This document shows, in pieces, positions 1-13,764 of a stretch of DNA of 64,000 bases. The notes below the pieces were generated by a model. That model saw only the letters and a program-made list of their open reading frames with translations. It was not told the origin of the DNA and did no database searches. Source of the DNA: Octopus vulgaris (taxonomy: Eukaryota). Every line of letters begins with the position of its first letter. Positions within the stretch are counted from its first letter, which is position 1. The stretch is taken from positions 151,776,001-151,840,000 of the forward strand of contig OX597816.1 of assembly GCA_951406725.2 (NCBI GenBank), given 5' to 3'. Position numbers and translations under genes: made by a program.

Positions 1-1742
1 TATTTTTGTTTGTTTGTTTGTTTGTATGTATGTATGTATGTATGTATGTATGTATGTATGTATGTATGTATGTATGTATGTATGTATGTGTGTGTGTGTA
101 TATTTTGCTTTATGTATGTATTCTCGTACATATAGTTGCATACCTAGACATGCTGATATAGATTTAGATTATAAACTTCTGGAAAGTTTTACAGATTTTT
201 ACAGTTCCAGTTATACTGGTAGTATAATGGATACTTTTATCCTTTAGACAGTTATTCCAACCTCTAACTCTACCTACCTTATATATATAGGGGGTGCAAA
301 ATTAGTAACCAGGACAAAATGAGTAACTTCTGATTTCTCATTATTTTCTCCCTACCTGTTTGAAATCATCACATTGCAAGTATTGCTTCATTATTTTGTA
401 CTGTTGCATCATATTTAGGAGTAAAAATTGGTCAGCATTGTTGTTTTTCTTCAATTTTGATCTGTTTGTAATTGAGGTTACTAATAAAATATCTGGATAA
501 TTTTTGCTGTTTATCAATCAATATTCTATTCTTTGTTGGATTCCAAGTCAATTTTTTTCCTATACTAATGTCTAATTTGATAATTTTCAAATTTCTATAA
601 AAATGATGCCTAAAATGGGCGTAAAATGAGTAATGTCTAATTTCCATAAATTCTTCTCTTTAACTGCATGGTGAGTAAATATATCATGAAGAAGACACTC
701 CAGTAGATCGTCAAGAAGCTAGAGAACATTTTATGTTGAGTGAAAGTATTTTTGGATTATTGTTGTAAGTGTAATTAGAAAGAAAAAATTATTTATTGTA
801 AATCACCAATTTATAATTTGTTACAAACACACATGTTCTATATATGTGTGTGTGCGTGTGTGTGTTAACTGCAAATGTAGACTTCAGTTTTTGTCTACTA
901 ATATTGCAGAATTCCATGCATAATGGACATTATGATTTTGGGGCCTAAATTCTCTCATAATACCTTGTTCAATATACACTGTTGAACAATTTCTACAAGA
1001 GTAGATGATCTGCTATAGTCTAGTATATTTTTAATATTTCATTTTATGTAAAACATATTGATATATAATAAAACCAATAAAGCTTTATTAATAAAAGTGG
1101 ATGGTAGAACTTAGCAGCTTTACACCCTGTACTACATTTACCCCTAATTTTGCCTTTAATGATTTTGTCTTCTACATGAAATTTTACAGTAATTGTAGTT
1201 AAGGTGATATGCGATTGTTTGGTGCAGTAATAAGATAGGGATTGAATAAAAGTTTATATTAAATACTTAAGGTGATTAGGTATTATCACATAAGCATCCT
1301 TGTGAGTTGTACTTGGAATTACTCCATGTCCTATTTACTGTGGAAGTCTGTTTCTTATTTAGTGTATAATGTTCAGTATAATATTTTCAAGTAAGAATTT
1401 GTATCTATTTTAATCACATTTGATTTAGCACACATTCATTAAAATATGATATTAATTTTATATTTTACACATCTTCAGCACACACTGTTTTAATGCCATT
1501 GTTCTGTAGAATGGTTGGTGTTAGGAAGGGCATCCAGCTGTAGAAACCAAGCTAAAAGGGACTATGGAACCTGATGTGGCTCTTGACCTTGTCAGCTTGC
1601 ATCAAACCATCCAACTCATACCAGCATGGAAAATGGATGTTAAATCATGATGATGATGATGATGATGACAATGTTATATATATGAAATTGCTGAGCAGAC
1701 ATCTAAATATTAAATCGAAACAAAACAAAAATATCTTTGCAG

Positions 1743-1826
1743 TGTTTGATCCAGAGATTGTCCAGAAGCAGATGTTGTTTGAGAACTTTGTGATGTTAAA
1801 GTTTTTCCTCTCCACTTTGGCAACAG
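1743..1826 (+). CDS. yeeE: YeeE/YedE-family sulfur transporter, first exon visible in window (VFDPEIVQKQMLFENFVMLKFFLSTLATG); upstream exon(s) outside window
   Basis: ttgcAG acceptor, ag|GTAAGA donor; phase 1/1 joins in frame to next exon; hydrophobic peptide matching the N-terminal part of eukaryotic YeeE/YedE proteins. Confidence 0.8.
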
Positions 1827-2212
1827 GTAAGACAAACAGAAAAATTATCTCACTATATTTCAATATACCCTTCTCTCTTTCTCTCATTCTCTCCCCCACT
1901 CTCTCATACACGCAATACTACATTTAATATCCTTTCCCTTACTTCACAACTGCTGCCATTTTCCTCTTTATTGTTATTATAATTATCATCACCATTACCA
2001 GTGTTTTGTGCTAAGATGTAATCAGCTAAAAACCCATCATAGGATATAGATTCCCCACTCTTCCACGTTCAATCAACCTTTGTATCATTACATGCCTAAT
2101 GATTATAATTTTTAATACACCTATTCTGTATTAAGATATAATGTTATACAAAGATGGACCATATCTGTACATGAACAATATTAAAATAAAATTTAGGTTG
2201 AGTTCTTAGAAG

Positions 2213-2247
<35 letters not shown>

Positions 2248-2578
2248 TGTGTGTATGTGTTTGCGAGTGGACATTAAATGTTGATGATATATAAATAAAT
2301 ATATATATATAGACACACACATACACATACATACATATATATGTATCTGAATGTTTCATTTGGTGGTGTTAGTGCAATAATATGAGCAAATAGTTAAATA
2401 ATACACTAAACACCAAGTATGTTTATTCTAAGTGAAATCTTTCTTGCTCCCTATTTCACTTATGAGGGATTTTAACCAAGAATTAATTTATAGCAATAGT
2501 TTCACATATACATAATTAAGTAACTCCTTTAAAGGATTTTCATAATTGTTGTAATGATGATATTTGGCTATATTTCAG

Positions 2579-2736
2579 GCATGTTTCTCTGCTCAATTGC
2601 AAGCATGCTTCAAGGACATGGTGGAGCTGTTGAAAATACCTTGATCTACTATTCTGCTAATCTGATTGATCAATCCTACTTGTGTGGCATTCTTGGAGGG
2701 ATGTTTATGGGAGCTGGTGTGGCATGTGCTGGTGCT
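2579..2736 (+). CDS. yeeE: YeeE/YedE transporter exon (GMFLCSIASML...GILGGMFMGAGVACAGA)
   Basis: tttcAG / GTAAGT; phase 1/0; Gly-rich GGxxxGxGxxxxGxC helix leading into first conserved Cys. Confidence 0.9.
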
Positions 2737-3751
2737 GTAAGTCTCTAAAATCTCGATAATAACACTGTCTTTTATCTTTTTCTTGTTTTAATCATTGAAG
2801 AGTTTACTCGAACAAATCTTGGTACTTACTCTATCTCTTTTGCTGAAATACCAAGTTACAAGGACATACACAAAGTAGAGCAGTGGGGTAATACAACACA
2901 CACACACACACACACACACATATGTGCTTCAACACAGTTTCCACCTACCAAATTGCCCAGGGTTCTAGTAGAAGACACTTGCTCTAGGTGTCATGTGATA
3001 GGATTGAACCCAAAACCTTTTGTGGCTGCAAAGTGAAATTCTTAACAATACAGTCATGCCTGTACCTATGAAAAATACAGTCATGCCTGTACCTATGAAA
3101 AACAGATTTTTTAAAAAGTTATCTTTTAAAGTATTAATGATCTTTGTAGAAGAATGTATTGAGATAGATAAATTTTTTTTATATGGTTTTGAGATGAAAT
3201 CCTACCTTGATCAACTTAGCTTTCTTAACATCAGTTGTCACTTTTGTTAGCATCAGTTGATCATTGATCATGTAAATCTGTGCTCAAAGTCATTCAATTA
3301 CTTATCATAATAGCTTACCTTTTTTCTGTCAGTGTATCTAGAAATACATTATCCAATGTGTCCTTTCTTTTCTAAATTGTGAACAGTGGACCAAATTTAG
3401 GTCATATTAAATATCTAGCCCATTGCTGTGTCATATATGCCTGTGTCAAGTAAATTGTGAGAGAGCATCTTCCTGGTCACTTAACCTGCTAGAAATAGAA
3501 ATAAAAATCTTCTTTAAATCACACCTTATTGCCTTATAAAATGACTTATTGGATAATGTAATCATAGATACACTACCTGGCAATAAGATGAGATGAAATC
3601 AGAACATAAGGGACCAGAACAAATAACACAAGGTATTCTGTTCAAGGCCCAAAAGATTCTACCAATCCAACATCCTATAACAATAACAGTAACAAACTAA
3701 CAAATTAAGACAGGAAACTAATTTCATTTTATCTTTTCACATTTTCTCCAG

Positions 3752-3891
3752 TGTCCTGTTTCTATGTTTGTTCAACTGGGTTCAGGTGTACCCCATGCTC
3801 TTTATGTATTCCTTGGGGCTTACTGTGGCACAGTTTTATATGATGTTATTCCTCCTCTTGCTGCTAAAAGTAAAACATCCAGGCAAACTTA
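3752..3891 (+). CDS. yeeE: YeeE/YedE transporter exon (CPVSMFVQLGSGVPHALYVFLGAYCGTVLY...)
   Basis: ttctccAG / GTAAGT; phase 0/2; completes GA|CP motif across the splice junction. Confidence 0.9.
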
Positions 3892-5487
3892 GTAAGTAAC
3901 CATATAACATTTTCTAAGACTTTTGTTGTCTTTGTATCATTTCTTTACTAGCATTAGTTTTAGGACAGACAGGCTTCCAAACAAGAGGGTAGCAATAATG
4001 AGGTAAATTATAATGCAGTTAATTTTTAAGTGGTATATTGTTAGTGCTATATTTTATTTTGAATTGATTGCTGAACTCTATAAAATGGTAGGGATACCAA
4101 GTTTTAGCTGTAAATTAGAGCAGTAAAATAGCAGAATTCAGTAAAACTAGTGATGTTTTACATTGACAAAAAGTTAAACAAATTTTGTGTTGTGAAGAAG
4201 AGAATTCTAGAATTTCAGATACTTATCTTTGAGGAGAAAGAAAAATATAGAAATGCAGTAGCTTAGTTCTTAAATCACAAATGAAGAAGTGAATAAAGAA
4301 GAGAGTAGTCAAGGATGGTTAGTGTTGGAAGAGAAGAGAAAAAAACGAGAACTGATGTGAGTAGGTTGTGAGCTAAGCTGTAGGGGTGGGAGGAAGTAAT
4401 ATAAAAGAGAGGGGTAGAAGAGTTTGTGACAAGATTCAGATCAACTGAAACGAGAGGGAGGTGGTTAGGACCAGGTCAAATGAAGTGGGGGAAGTGAGAA
4501 AGCAAAGTGAGATATGGCCAAATGGAAATATATATATACATGCACAACACACACATGGGAGAAGAAATGAGATGGTAAAGGCAGTTAGCAGAGAAATGAG
4601 ATCTGTGATCATTACATAATATTTATTATTACACTTATGATCATTGGTCTGTATGTAAAGAATTAAATGTTTGTAGAAATGGAGGGAATGATAAAGACAA
4701 AATTGTTCAGAGGAGGGATGGACAGATGTGTATAAATCTCTGTGACAAGAGAGAAGAAAATGAAGATGGAAATGATAGACACATCATCATCATCATCTGT
4801 TTTTCATGCTGGCATGGGTTGGATAATTTGACAGGAGCCAATGAACTAGAGGATTACACCCAAACTCTAATGTCTGCTGTGGCATGATTTCTGTGGTTGA
4901 ATGATCTTATTGCCAACCACTTCACAGACTGTGTTAGGCACATCTTTTTTAGATGGCACTTGCACGAGTGAGCTCAGCAAATAACTCGTAAGATATGACC
5001 CTTCAACTGAGGTGAGTGTAGTGTTGAGTGGGGGTGGATTTATGCAAAGTAATGAAAGTTTAAAGTATGATAGAGAGACAGGAACAGGTATCTTGCTGTA
5101 GAAATGATACATGGCTACCCTAGTTGGGAAAAAAGAAAAGATGGTAGTGTGTGTCAGGGCATATCCTCAAGTTACAGGAAAGATTAATATGAGAGAAGTA
5201 GTCCAGAGGACTGCACAGGGTAAATAGGTAGGTAAGTTTATTTAGGTAATTATATTTAAAACATTTGTATTTCATCCTATTTTGAATTAATTTTATACTT
5301 TTTAAAAAATTAATTGGATACAAAATATTTTAGCTAAATAGTTTTGTGTCTCATATTAAGAATCAAAGAGTAGCATGTGCATTGCAAGACTGAATTTGAT
5401 CATATGTTATAAATACCTATTTTATATCCATTTAGAAATTATAGTAGAATCACACTTTAAAAAAATATTAATTATTTTTTATTGTAG

Positions 5488-5602
5488 TTTACATTACTCT
5501 ATGTCGACACCTTACTTCAATGTGGCAATGCCTTTAGCTGTAATCCTGGCGACTGTAACATTTTTCTTAGAGCTTGATAAGTCTTGGCGGAATGAATATT
5601 TG
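5488..5602 (+). CDS. yeeE: YeeE/YedE transporter exon (YLHYSMSTPYFNVAMPLAVILATVTFFLELDKSWRNEYL)
   Basis: ttgtAG / GTAAGT; phase 2/0; TM helix followed by E...W..E. Confidence 0.85.
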
Positions 5603-6652
5603 GTAAGTGTCATTGTTACATTGAAATTTAGTGTTGCAACTTTTACTCTTGATAGTTTATTCATTTTTATATTTCTTGGAAAAAGAGTTTTCTCAAAGCT
5701 GAACTTTTAATAAAGAATAGCTCCAAAGATAATTTAAATTTATATGAAATATCTTCACAAAGACTAGCTTTTGATATGGAAATTATAAGCATAAACTATC
5801 ACATATGCATGTATATAAGTAGTAGTGATAGGTAAGTCTCATTCCTCTATGTATTCATAATATTTTATCTTCAGCCTTCTATCCACACCTAAGTCTGATG
5901 TTATTTTATATAAATAATTTTACAGCTTGCAGTTGTGTTTAAAGTAAAAAGAAAAAAAAAAGCTGAAACAGTCCCAATACAGTCTAGTAAAGTCCTAGAA
6001 CCTTAGATATTTGAGCAACAGTGAACTAGAACAGATTAACTTGAGCTTTTAAATTATAACTGATTCGCTGACTATATATACAGCTTTTACTGGGTGTTAG
6101 GATTACAGCCAATGAATAAATCAGAGTTTTGCACATTTGCACATGTGGAAGGTATGTGTGTGTGTATGCATATGTGTGTGTGTGTGTGTAATATGATTCT
6201 TTTCAGTTTCACACACCAGATATGTTTTTCTTTGAAAATTTTTATCACATAGATGTAAAACAACAGATAATGCAAAAATAAAATAAAAAACAATTGTGAG
6301 GAAAACTTGTCTCCGAAAATAAAATCTAATGGCAAGTGAATGTAGCAATTCTGACTTCTGGCATGTTGGAAATCTACTTGGCTGAAATTCAAAAACATTA
6401 CAGTTTTAACTTATATATAAATTCTTGCTTCAGATATTTCAATGTGGTCATGCTGGAGCACAGACTTGAAGTATTTAGTTGAACAAATTAACCCCAATAC
6501 TTATTTTAAAGCCTTGTGCTTATTCTATCAATCTTTCTGAACCACTTTGTTACGGGGATGTAAAAGGTTATTAAGTAGTGGTGGGGGAGAAAACAACACA
6601 AAGACACACACGAATATATATATATGTGTGTGTGTATGTGTATATATTCAAA

Positions 6653-7295
6653 TATGAATTAGAAGCAGCTCAGGTGTTGTAAACAATATAGAACACACAT
6701 ACATAATGTAAGTGCTTTGTTGCTTTGTTAGTTTGCTAGTTAGATGTGATTTGAAGTGTTGGAGATGGCTCTTAAAGTGCCGGGTATTAAAACACCTGAA
6801 GGTAAGTCATAGACAGGCGAGACAACTCATGCCAAGTTCCATTCAGGAGCGATGGCCATTGATGTTTTGTCATTTTTGTGACTTTTCAACATCATGTAAC
6901 TGAACTGAACTGAACCTGAGGCAAATTAAATAGCCTGTCTATGTGTGTGTGTGTAAAATGAATCACCAATGGCTGGTATGCCTGAACGATGCATACATAG
7001 GAATAAATCCAAACGTGAATTAGAAGCAGCTCAAGTGTTGTAAACAATATCGAACACACATACACAATGTATGTGCTCTGCTAGTTTGCCAGTTGGCTGT
7101 GATTTGAAGCACCAGATGTTAAGACATTGATGTCCATCACTCCTGAACGGAATTCGGCATGAATTGTCTCACATGTCTATGACTGACTTTCAGTTGTTTT
7201 CACACCTGGCACTTTGAGAGTTATCTCCAATGCCTCAAATTGCAGCTGATTGGTGAACTAGCAAAGCACATATATTGTGCATGTGTGTTCAATAT
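6653..7295. repeat. Local cluster of one repeat in direct and inverted orientation
   Basis: GAATTAGAAGCAGCTCA.GTGTTGTAAACAATAT at ~6656 and ~7017; 7120-7295 is a diverged reverse complement of ~6690-6865. Confidence 0.7.
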
Positions 7296-7415
7296 GTATG
7301 TATGTACATACGTATGTATGTATGTATGCTTGTATGCATGCATGAATGTATGTATGCATACATGCATGTATGTATGCGTGCTTGCACACAAGCATGCACA
7401 CTCACACACACACAC

Positions 7416-7705
7416 ATGGCCTAGTGGTTAGAGTGGTGGACTCATGGTTGAGGGATTGCAGGTTCGAATCTCAGACTGGGCGATGTGTGTGTTTATGAGT
7501 GAAATACCTAAGCTCCACGTGGCTCTGGCAGAAGGTAATGGCGAACTTCTGCTGACTCTTTCACCACAACTTTCTCTCAATTGTTCCTCCTACATCTTGC
7601 AGCCCACCTGTGACAGACCGGTGTCCTGTCCAGGTGGGGAACCTATACGCCAAGAAAACCAGGAAACCGGCCCTTATGAGCCAGGCATGGCTTGAGAAGG
7701 AACAA
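7416..7705 (+). mobile_element. tRNA-derived SINE (related copies ~12758-13070 +, ~49529-49840 +, ~63270-63541 -)
   Basis: A box TGGCCTAGTGGTTAGAG, B box GGTTCGAATC; shared body CTAAGCTCCACG...CACAACTTTCTCTC. Confidence 0.75.
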
Positions 7706-8011
7706 GCAACACACACACACACACCAATCTTCCTCATAGTTTCTGTTTATCAAAATTTATCAACATGGTATTGGTTGCCTTAGTGTTGTAGTAGAAAACA
7801 CTTGCCCAAGGTACCATGGTATCAAGGTTCCAAGGACTGATCCTGAAGCCTGAAGCCACATGGTTGCAAAGTGGGTAGAATGGAATTCTGCTGAAGTAGT
7901 CATCTTTGTTTTTGTACATGATATCACCGAAGTATCTGCATTTGCAATGCAGATATTCATATAGAGTAAATAATGACATGTCTAGCCTACTCTATGTATT
8001 CAGACATTTGC

Positions 8012-8050
<39 letters not shown>

Positions 8051-9421
8051 TGTGTGTGTTAGTTAGTTAATGTATGCTATGAATTCTAAACCCAGAGCAG
8101 GGTATCAGTAAATAAGTCACATGTTTTTTGACACCTGTTTTTTTAATAAGATAAACTGCAGATTATTCTGCTTTGCTTTCTGTTTTTGCATGCATTTTTG
8201 AAAGATATTTTGTTAGTAACACACAAATTTTTAATTCCTAGCCTTGTTGAAAATAGCTGCCACTCCCTCCTCTTACTACTATGAGGAAAAGCCTGATGTT
8301 TTAAAAGTGCATAAGAAAAAAATACAATATATCACCCATTGACAAAAATAAAAGTATGCAATATAGATCCAGAAATAGTTTATTTTGAAATATGAAGAAA
8401 ATGAAATGATAGGCAGAATATATGAACCATTGAAACTAAAGATAGAGATTATATTTAGATGAGTTTAGTAGCTATTTAGAAATGAAACTTACTGAAAGTT
8501 GTAATCAGTTAAGAAAACTTTGATATATATCTGAAGATTATTAAAAAATGTTGACAAATAACTAAACAAATGCTGAATGCTAGACAGAAGTGGTAGTTGA
8601 AGTAAGGAGCTAACAAAGTAGAGCTGGGAGAAAGAACCATGCTCTTGTTTATTTTTACCAAAATATGATCTTTCACATTTTTCTTTTACTTGTGTCAGTC
8701 ATTAGACCATGGCCATCCTGGGGCACCACCTTGAAGAATTTTAGTTGATCGAATCATCCCCAATACTTATTTTTTTTAAAGCCTGGTGCTTATTCTATTG
8801 GTCTCGTTTGCCAAACTGCTAAGCTACGGAGACTTGAGCACACCAGCATTGGTTGTCAAGTGCTGGTAGGGTACAAACATATTTAAGAAATGAATCTCAT
8901 AGTGAGTCTATGTTTGGGGACAATGAATTTAATGTAGGATAAACTGTCACACTCCAGCCTAAATTAGACCAGGGTGCTTAATTAAAATGGAGACAATCCC
9001 CAAATTGTCTAGCCATTAAGGAAGCTGCTGTGGCTGTTGAAGCTTCTTACTTTATTCAGTCTTTTAGAAGTCTTGAACTCAGCATTGCAATCTAATAAAA
9101 TATTCTTTCATTATACGGTGCTCTTACACATTGCAGTAATAAGTGGTATCTATAAATGGTTACTGTTTACAGCTTGGTGGACTTAACTAGTGAAAATTAA
9201 GTGTCTTGGCCACACATATTGCCCAGTAACAGTGGTGAGACACAGACTGTTTGGCTTCTCAGTAATCCAGCACTTTATTGATTCAGTCATTTGTCACTTC
9301 TGTCTTATAAGCAGCTGGAGTTAACATACTTATTAACAAGAAAGAAAGCTAAATAAAATATAAAGATTATGATGTAACTTTAATGATTTGATATATTATA
9401 CATTCTTTTTTATTTAATTAG

Positions 9422-9536
9422 GTTAGATTTGGTGTTGGAAGCTGGTTATTTACTCCAGTTTGGTCTCCATATCTCATTGGAATTTCAACTGCCATATTGC
9501 AACTAATTCTTATAGGATGTTTTAACAAAGTTATCA
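9422..9536 (+). CDS. yeeE: YeeE/YedE transporter exon (VRFGVGSWLFTPVWSPYLIGISTAILQLILIGCFNKVI)
   Basis: pyrimidine-rich tract + ttAG / GTAAGT; phase 0/1; WSPY..G motif opening the second half of YeeE proteins. Confidence 0.85.
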
Positions 9537-10129
9537 GTAAGTCTCACCTTTTCTGTTGTATTTATATTTTTTGTTATGAAAGTATAATCTTTCATGTTTA
9601 AATGAGATATCAGAGTCAATGGCTTGGAGAGAATGCGTAAAATTTTCAGTTTTACTGTTTCTCTTTACAACAGTAGGACCAATTCTTACAAGAGAGACTT
9701 CATATAAAATATCCCATTAATATTTTGATGACGTTTTCAATGAATCATTCTAAATTAAGAATTAAGAAGCTGTAGAAACCATGCCAAAATTGGAACATAT
9801 GAGTGAGACATGGTCCTTAAATTTGTTTAGGCTGGCAGTAATTTAGAATAAGAACTAACTTCAACTGTAAAGACCTGTCCAACACATGACAGCATGGAAA
9901 GAGGCTGTAAGAAGAAGATGGTGATGACAGCACTGATGATAGTAGTTCTAAGATAATTAATATTGATGATTAAGTTGACAAATTTTGTTTGGGCTAACAG
10001 AGAAAAAAAAAAATAGGGGTAGGTGGTGGAAGGATGTTTTATTTTAATCTCTCATCTGTTGTTAAAAATCATGAGGATAAGTTAGTCACAGAGGAGGGGT
10101 GCTACTCTTGAACTTTACAGGCCCTCCTA

Positions 10130-10770
10130 GTGTAGTGGGTTTGATATGATTGGTGTTCAGTTTGAATCTCTAAAGGTTGATGCCTCCAGGAAAATTTAAG
10201 TGTGGAGTGTATTTCTGAAGGTAATATTCTGGTTGGAAGGATTGGAAAAATTGTCTGGATGTGGTGAATGAGATACAGTGGTGTGGGTAAGAGGAAGAAA
10301 AAGACAGATGTGTCAAATAGGCTTAAGGAGTCTGCAGCTAAGCAGTTCCAAGACAGGCAATTGTAGTAGCAACAACAGAGACAGAGAATGGAAACAGCTC
10401 ATCTTTTAGTCAGTGGTTGTAGTGTTGGTAAATCAATCTGTTTTGGGGTGTAATTTAAGATGTTTGTGTAACAACATCACTGTTCTAGATATGTTAGCTG
10501 TACTCTAATGTAGGTCTTAATAGGTCAGCAATTAATCAGAGTTGAAGTCTTTTATGGCCTTGAAGTGGCAGATTTATCTCTGAGATGCAGTTTTGGCAGT
10601 TATATATTCAGCTGTGAGGCCTGTTATCCTGACTTTGTTATTCATGTGTAGAGAGTGCAAGACTGTTTTTCTTGATGGTGTAGTGATTATGTCTTTATTC
10701 TGTTGAAGATTAAGTTGCTAAGTCTTCTTTGGAAGATGTTTGCGGTTTTTGTTTGTGGAAGTAGTGTTGG
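10130..10770 (-). mobile_element. Decayed CR1/L2-type LINE ORF2 fragment (related piece ~53880-54050)
   Basis: - strand remnants such as LIFNRIK of the post-RT region; many stops. Confidence 0.45.
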
Positions 10771-11095
10771 TCTTGCATGAGGTGTCTAGGTTACATCTAA
10801 ATAGTGCTTGTGAATGAAGGATGCATATTAACGTGAAAAATAGATGCCTGTCCATTTTCTTGGTTGAAGGATTAGCTTTAAATACAATCCACATTGTGAC
10901 AAAATATATAATAAAAAAAATTGAATTTGAATAGCTTTCAATATTGAATGATACTGAAAAAAATATATTTGTGTAATAAATATTTATAACAAACTGACAC
11001 ACATTTACAAAGAACAAACAAACAAATACACACTCCCATAATGCAAATAAACACACACAAACTCACTCTCTTATATATTTAAATTTCTTTTATAG

Positions 11096-11199
11096 CAAAC
11101 AGTGAAGTCTTTACTGTTATCAATAAAACATTGATGAGTATTTTTAAAAAAGGAAAACTTCCATCAAAGTCTTCTAAAATTTCAACTGAGTACTTCTGG
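11096..11199 (+). CDS. yeeE: YeeE/YedE transporter exon (TNSEVFTVINKTLMSIFKKGKLPSKSSKISTEYFW)
   Basis: tttcttttatAG / GTGAGT; phase 1/0 fits both neighbours with no stops. Confidence 0.75.
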
Positions 11200-13181
11200 G
11201 TGAGTCCTGCTTTTGACATTTAATATAGAAATTATCTACTCTTTAGCTTAGCAGCTTTCAATCCAGCAAACATCAGACATGTTTTTGTAATTTTAGTTGG
11301 ATTAGAATGATGAAATTCAAATATTGATTTAAATACTGTATTTTATGTATTGAGTGCATGAGATGGAGAAGTTGACATAACATTCATTCATACCTTCTTC
11401 CATATTATTAACAATGGAATAAATGTTGTTGTTTAGCTCCAAGTTATACCTGAGTAAGCTAACATCTGATTGATATTTTTATGGGCATAATGTATCCAAG
11501 ATTACATTATTCAATGTGTCCTTCCTTTTTTTTAAGATGTTAGGATGTTATTTGTGGAGACTTAGCTGCTATTTTGAGCAAGTTGTGCAAACACATAGAG
11601 GCGTTCTCATTTGGCATCCTCTTATCATTAGTTATATTATATGAATGAAAACCTTTCCACTCTGTGCATATACAAAATATCCCTCCCCCCAAAAGCACTG
11701 GTGCTGGCACCATGTAAAAAGCACCCAGTACACTTTATAAAGTGGTTGGCATTAGGAAGAACATCCAGCTGTAAAAACAATGCCAAACAGACAATGGAGC
11801 TTGGTATGGCTCCTGGTTTTGCCAGCTCCACTCAAACTGTCCACCCTGTGCTAGTATGGAAAATGAATGTTAAATGAGGATGATGATGACAACGACAATA
11901 GTTCTTGTCATAACTGTAGGTAAAAAAGTTATGTTGACCATTGGTAATAAACTATCTAACCCAGTGAAATGTAGTGGTTCTATGTGGAAATTGAGATGGG
12001 TTGGCCCACTCTTTTCCAGACATTTCTACATTACTGCATGTACTTTATATGCACTTTCTGACAAGTTGTGGTGCACCTGAGCACTGTATACAATAATTTC
12101 ATTATTATTATTATTATTATCCACCAGGAATTTGCCTCCACAAAAGGTATGGCTATTTGGTTAAGAAGCTTGCTTCCCATCCACACGATTTCAGTTTCAG
12201 TTTTACGGTGTAGTACCTTGGGCAAGAGTCTTCTACTGTAATCCTAGGCTGACCAAAGCCATGTCAGTGGATTTGCTCCATGGAAACTGAAAGAAGCCCA
12301 TTGACTGTGTGTTTTGCTTTGTCTTGATATTACATGACAAGTTGTGAGTGTCACTGTCATTCATTTCCAATATTCTATAGAAACATGTCTGGCCATAGGG
12401 AAATATTTCCTTTCTTGGAAACAGGTGAGGGCTAGTGACAGGAAGGGTATCTGGCTGTAGAATGTCTGCCTCGATAAATTCTGTTCAACCCATGCAGGCA
12501 GTGAGAAGTGGGCATTAAAACAATGATGGTGATGATGATGATGATATTGTTTCACCAGGCATATGATGTATTTTTGTTGTGAATTGATTTCTTTTAATCA
12601 TGGAAATGTTAATGACTAGCATGAATTTGGATAAAACTAATGACTGTTAAAATACCATTATTTTTACTAATTATAAAAATATTTTAACTAGTACACTACC
12701 ATTTTTGCCAACTCTGACAGTCTTTATATTATTAGTATAAGATCTTGGAGAAACCAGATGGCTTAATGGTTAGGGTATTCAGCTATTGATTGTAAGGTTG
12801 TGAGTTCAGTTCTCAGCAGCTTGCTGTATCCTTGAACAAGATACTTTATTTCTCATTGCTCCAGTTCACTCAGTTGGCAAAATTGAGCTGTACCTGCAAT
12901 TCAAAGGGCCAGCCTTTTCACATTCTGTTTCACACTGAATCTCCCTGAGAACTATGTTAAGAGTATGTGTGTCTGTGGAGCACTCAGCCACTTGCATGCT
13001 AATTTCACAAGCAGGTTGTTCCATTGATCGAATCAACTGGAACCATCAAATTTGTAATTGACGGAGAGCCAGTATTAGATCATCCAGTAATCATGTTGTA
13101 GTTCTAACTTTAACTATTGTATTCTATCTTAATCTATAGTAATAACTCACCATATTATTTCTATTCTGCAATAATTTTCAG

Positions 13182-13330
13182 ATATTTTTTAGTCTTGGAG
13201 TAATACTTGGAGCTTACTTTTCATCATTTCATTCATATAATTATGAATACAGTCGAGTTACAAGAAACCAAGCCTTTGTTGGTGGTGTTCTAGTATCTTG
13301 GGGATCAAAGATGGCTGCAGGATGTTACAT
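13182..13330 (+). CDS. yeeE: YeeE/YedE transporter exon (IFFSLGVILGAYFSS...AFVGGVLVSWGSKMAAGCY)
   Basis: ttttcAG / GTAAGT; phase 0/2; GG.....GxRxAxGC motif with second conserved Cys. Confidence 0.9.
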
Positions 13331-13764
13331 GTAAGTATAGTTATATTTATCTTATATTACAACATGTGACCAAACCATTGTTGGTTATGAGTTTCTGTTG
13401 GATGAACCACAGATTCACTGCATTTACAATGGCATCAGTGACCAGAGTTGTTGTTATAATTTGGGTGATAAAATACCATTAAGAGTTTTTGTCTCTAAGC
13501 ATTGGTTATCAGTTGTTCTTAATATTTACATCTTTTGCTGAAATACACATATACACATATGTATGCACACACCCCTTTAATTTTTACATCTGTTTTTCCA
13601 TGCTAGCGTGGGGTAGATGAATATATTATTGCAACATTGTTTTATAGCTGAATGTTTGTTCCGTCACTAACCCTATGAATGATTTGTTGAAGGAGATATG
13701 AGAACATCAACACTTGTAGCTCAGCAATTTTCAAAGAAAACAAATGTAAATATATATATATATA

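Noticed and set aside
600-676. GTGAGT donor at 671 as a possible upstream YeeE exon
   Set aside because: The required phase-1 frame has a stop just upstream and no YeeE-like peptide
3047-3101. 27-bp perfect tandem duplication
   Set aside because: Ordinary slippage or TSD-like duplication at a SINE end; no further structure
7416-7490. tRNA gene
   Set aside because: A/B boxes present but no full cloverleaf, and it continues into a repeated SINE body
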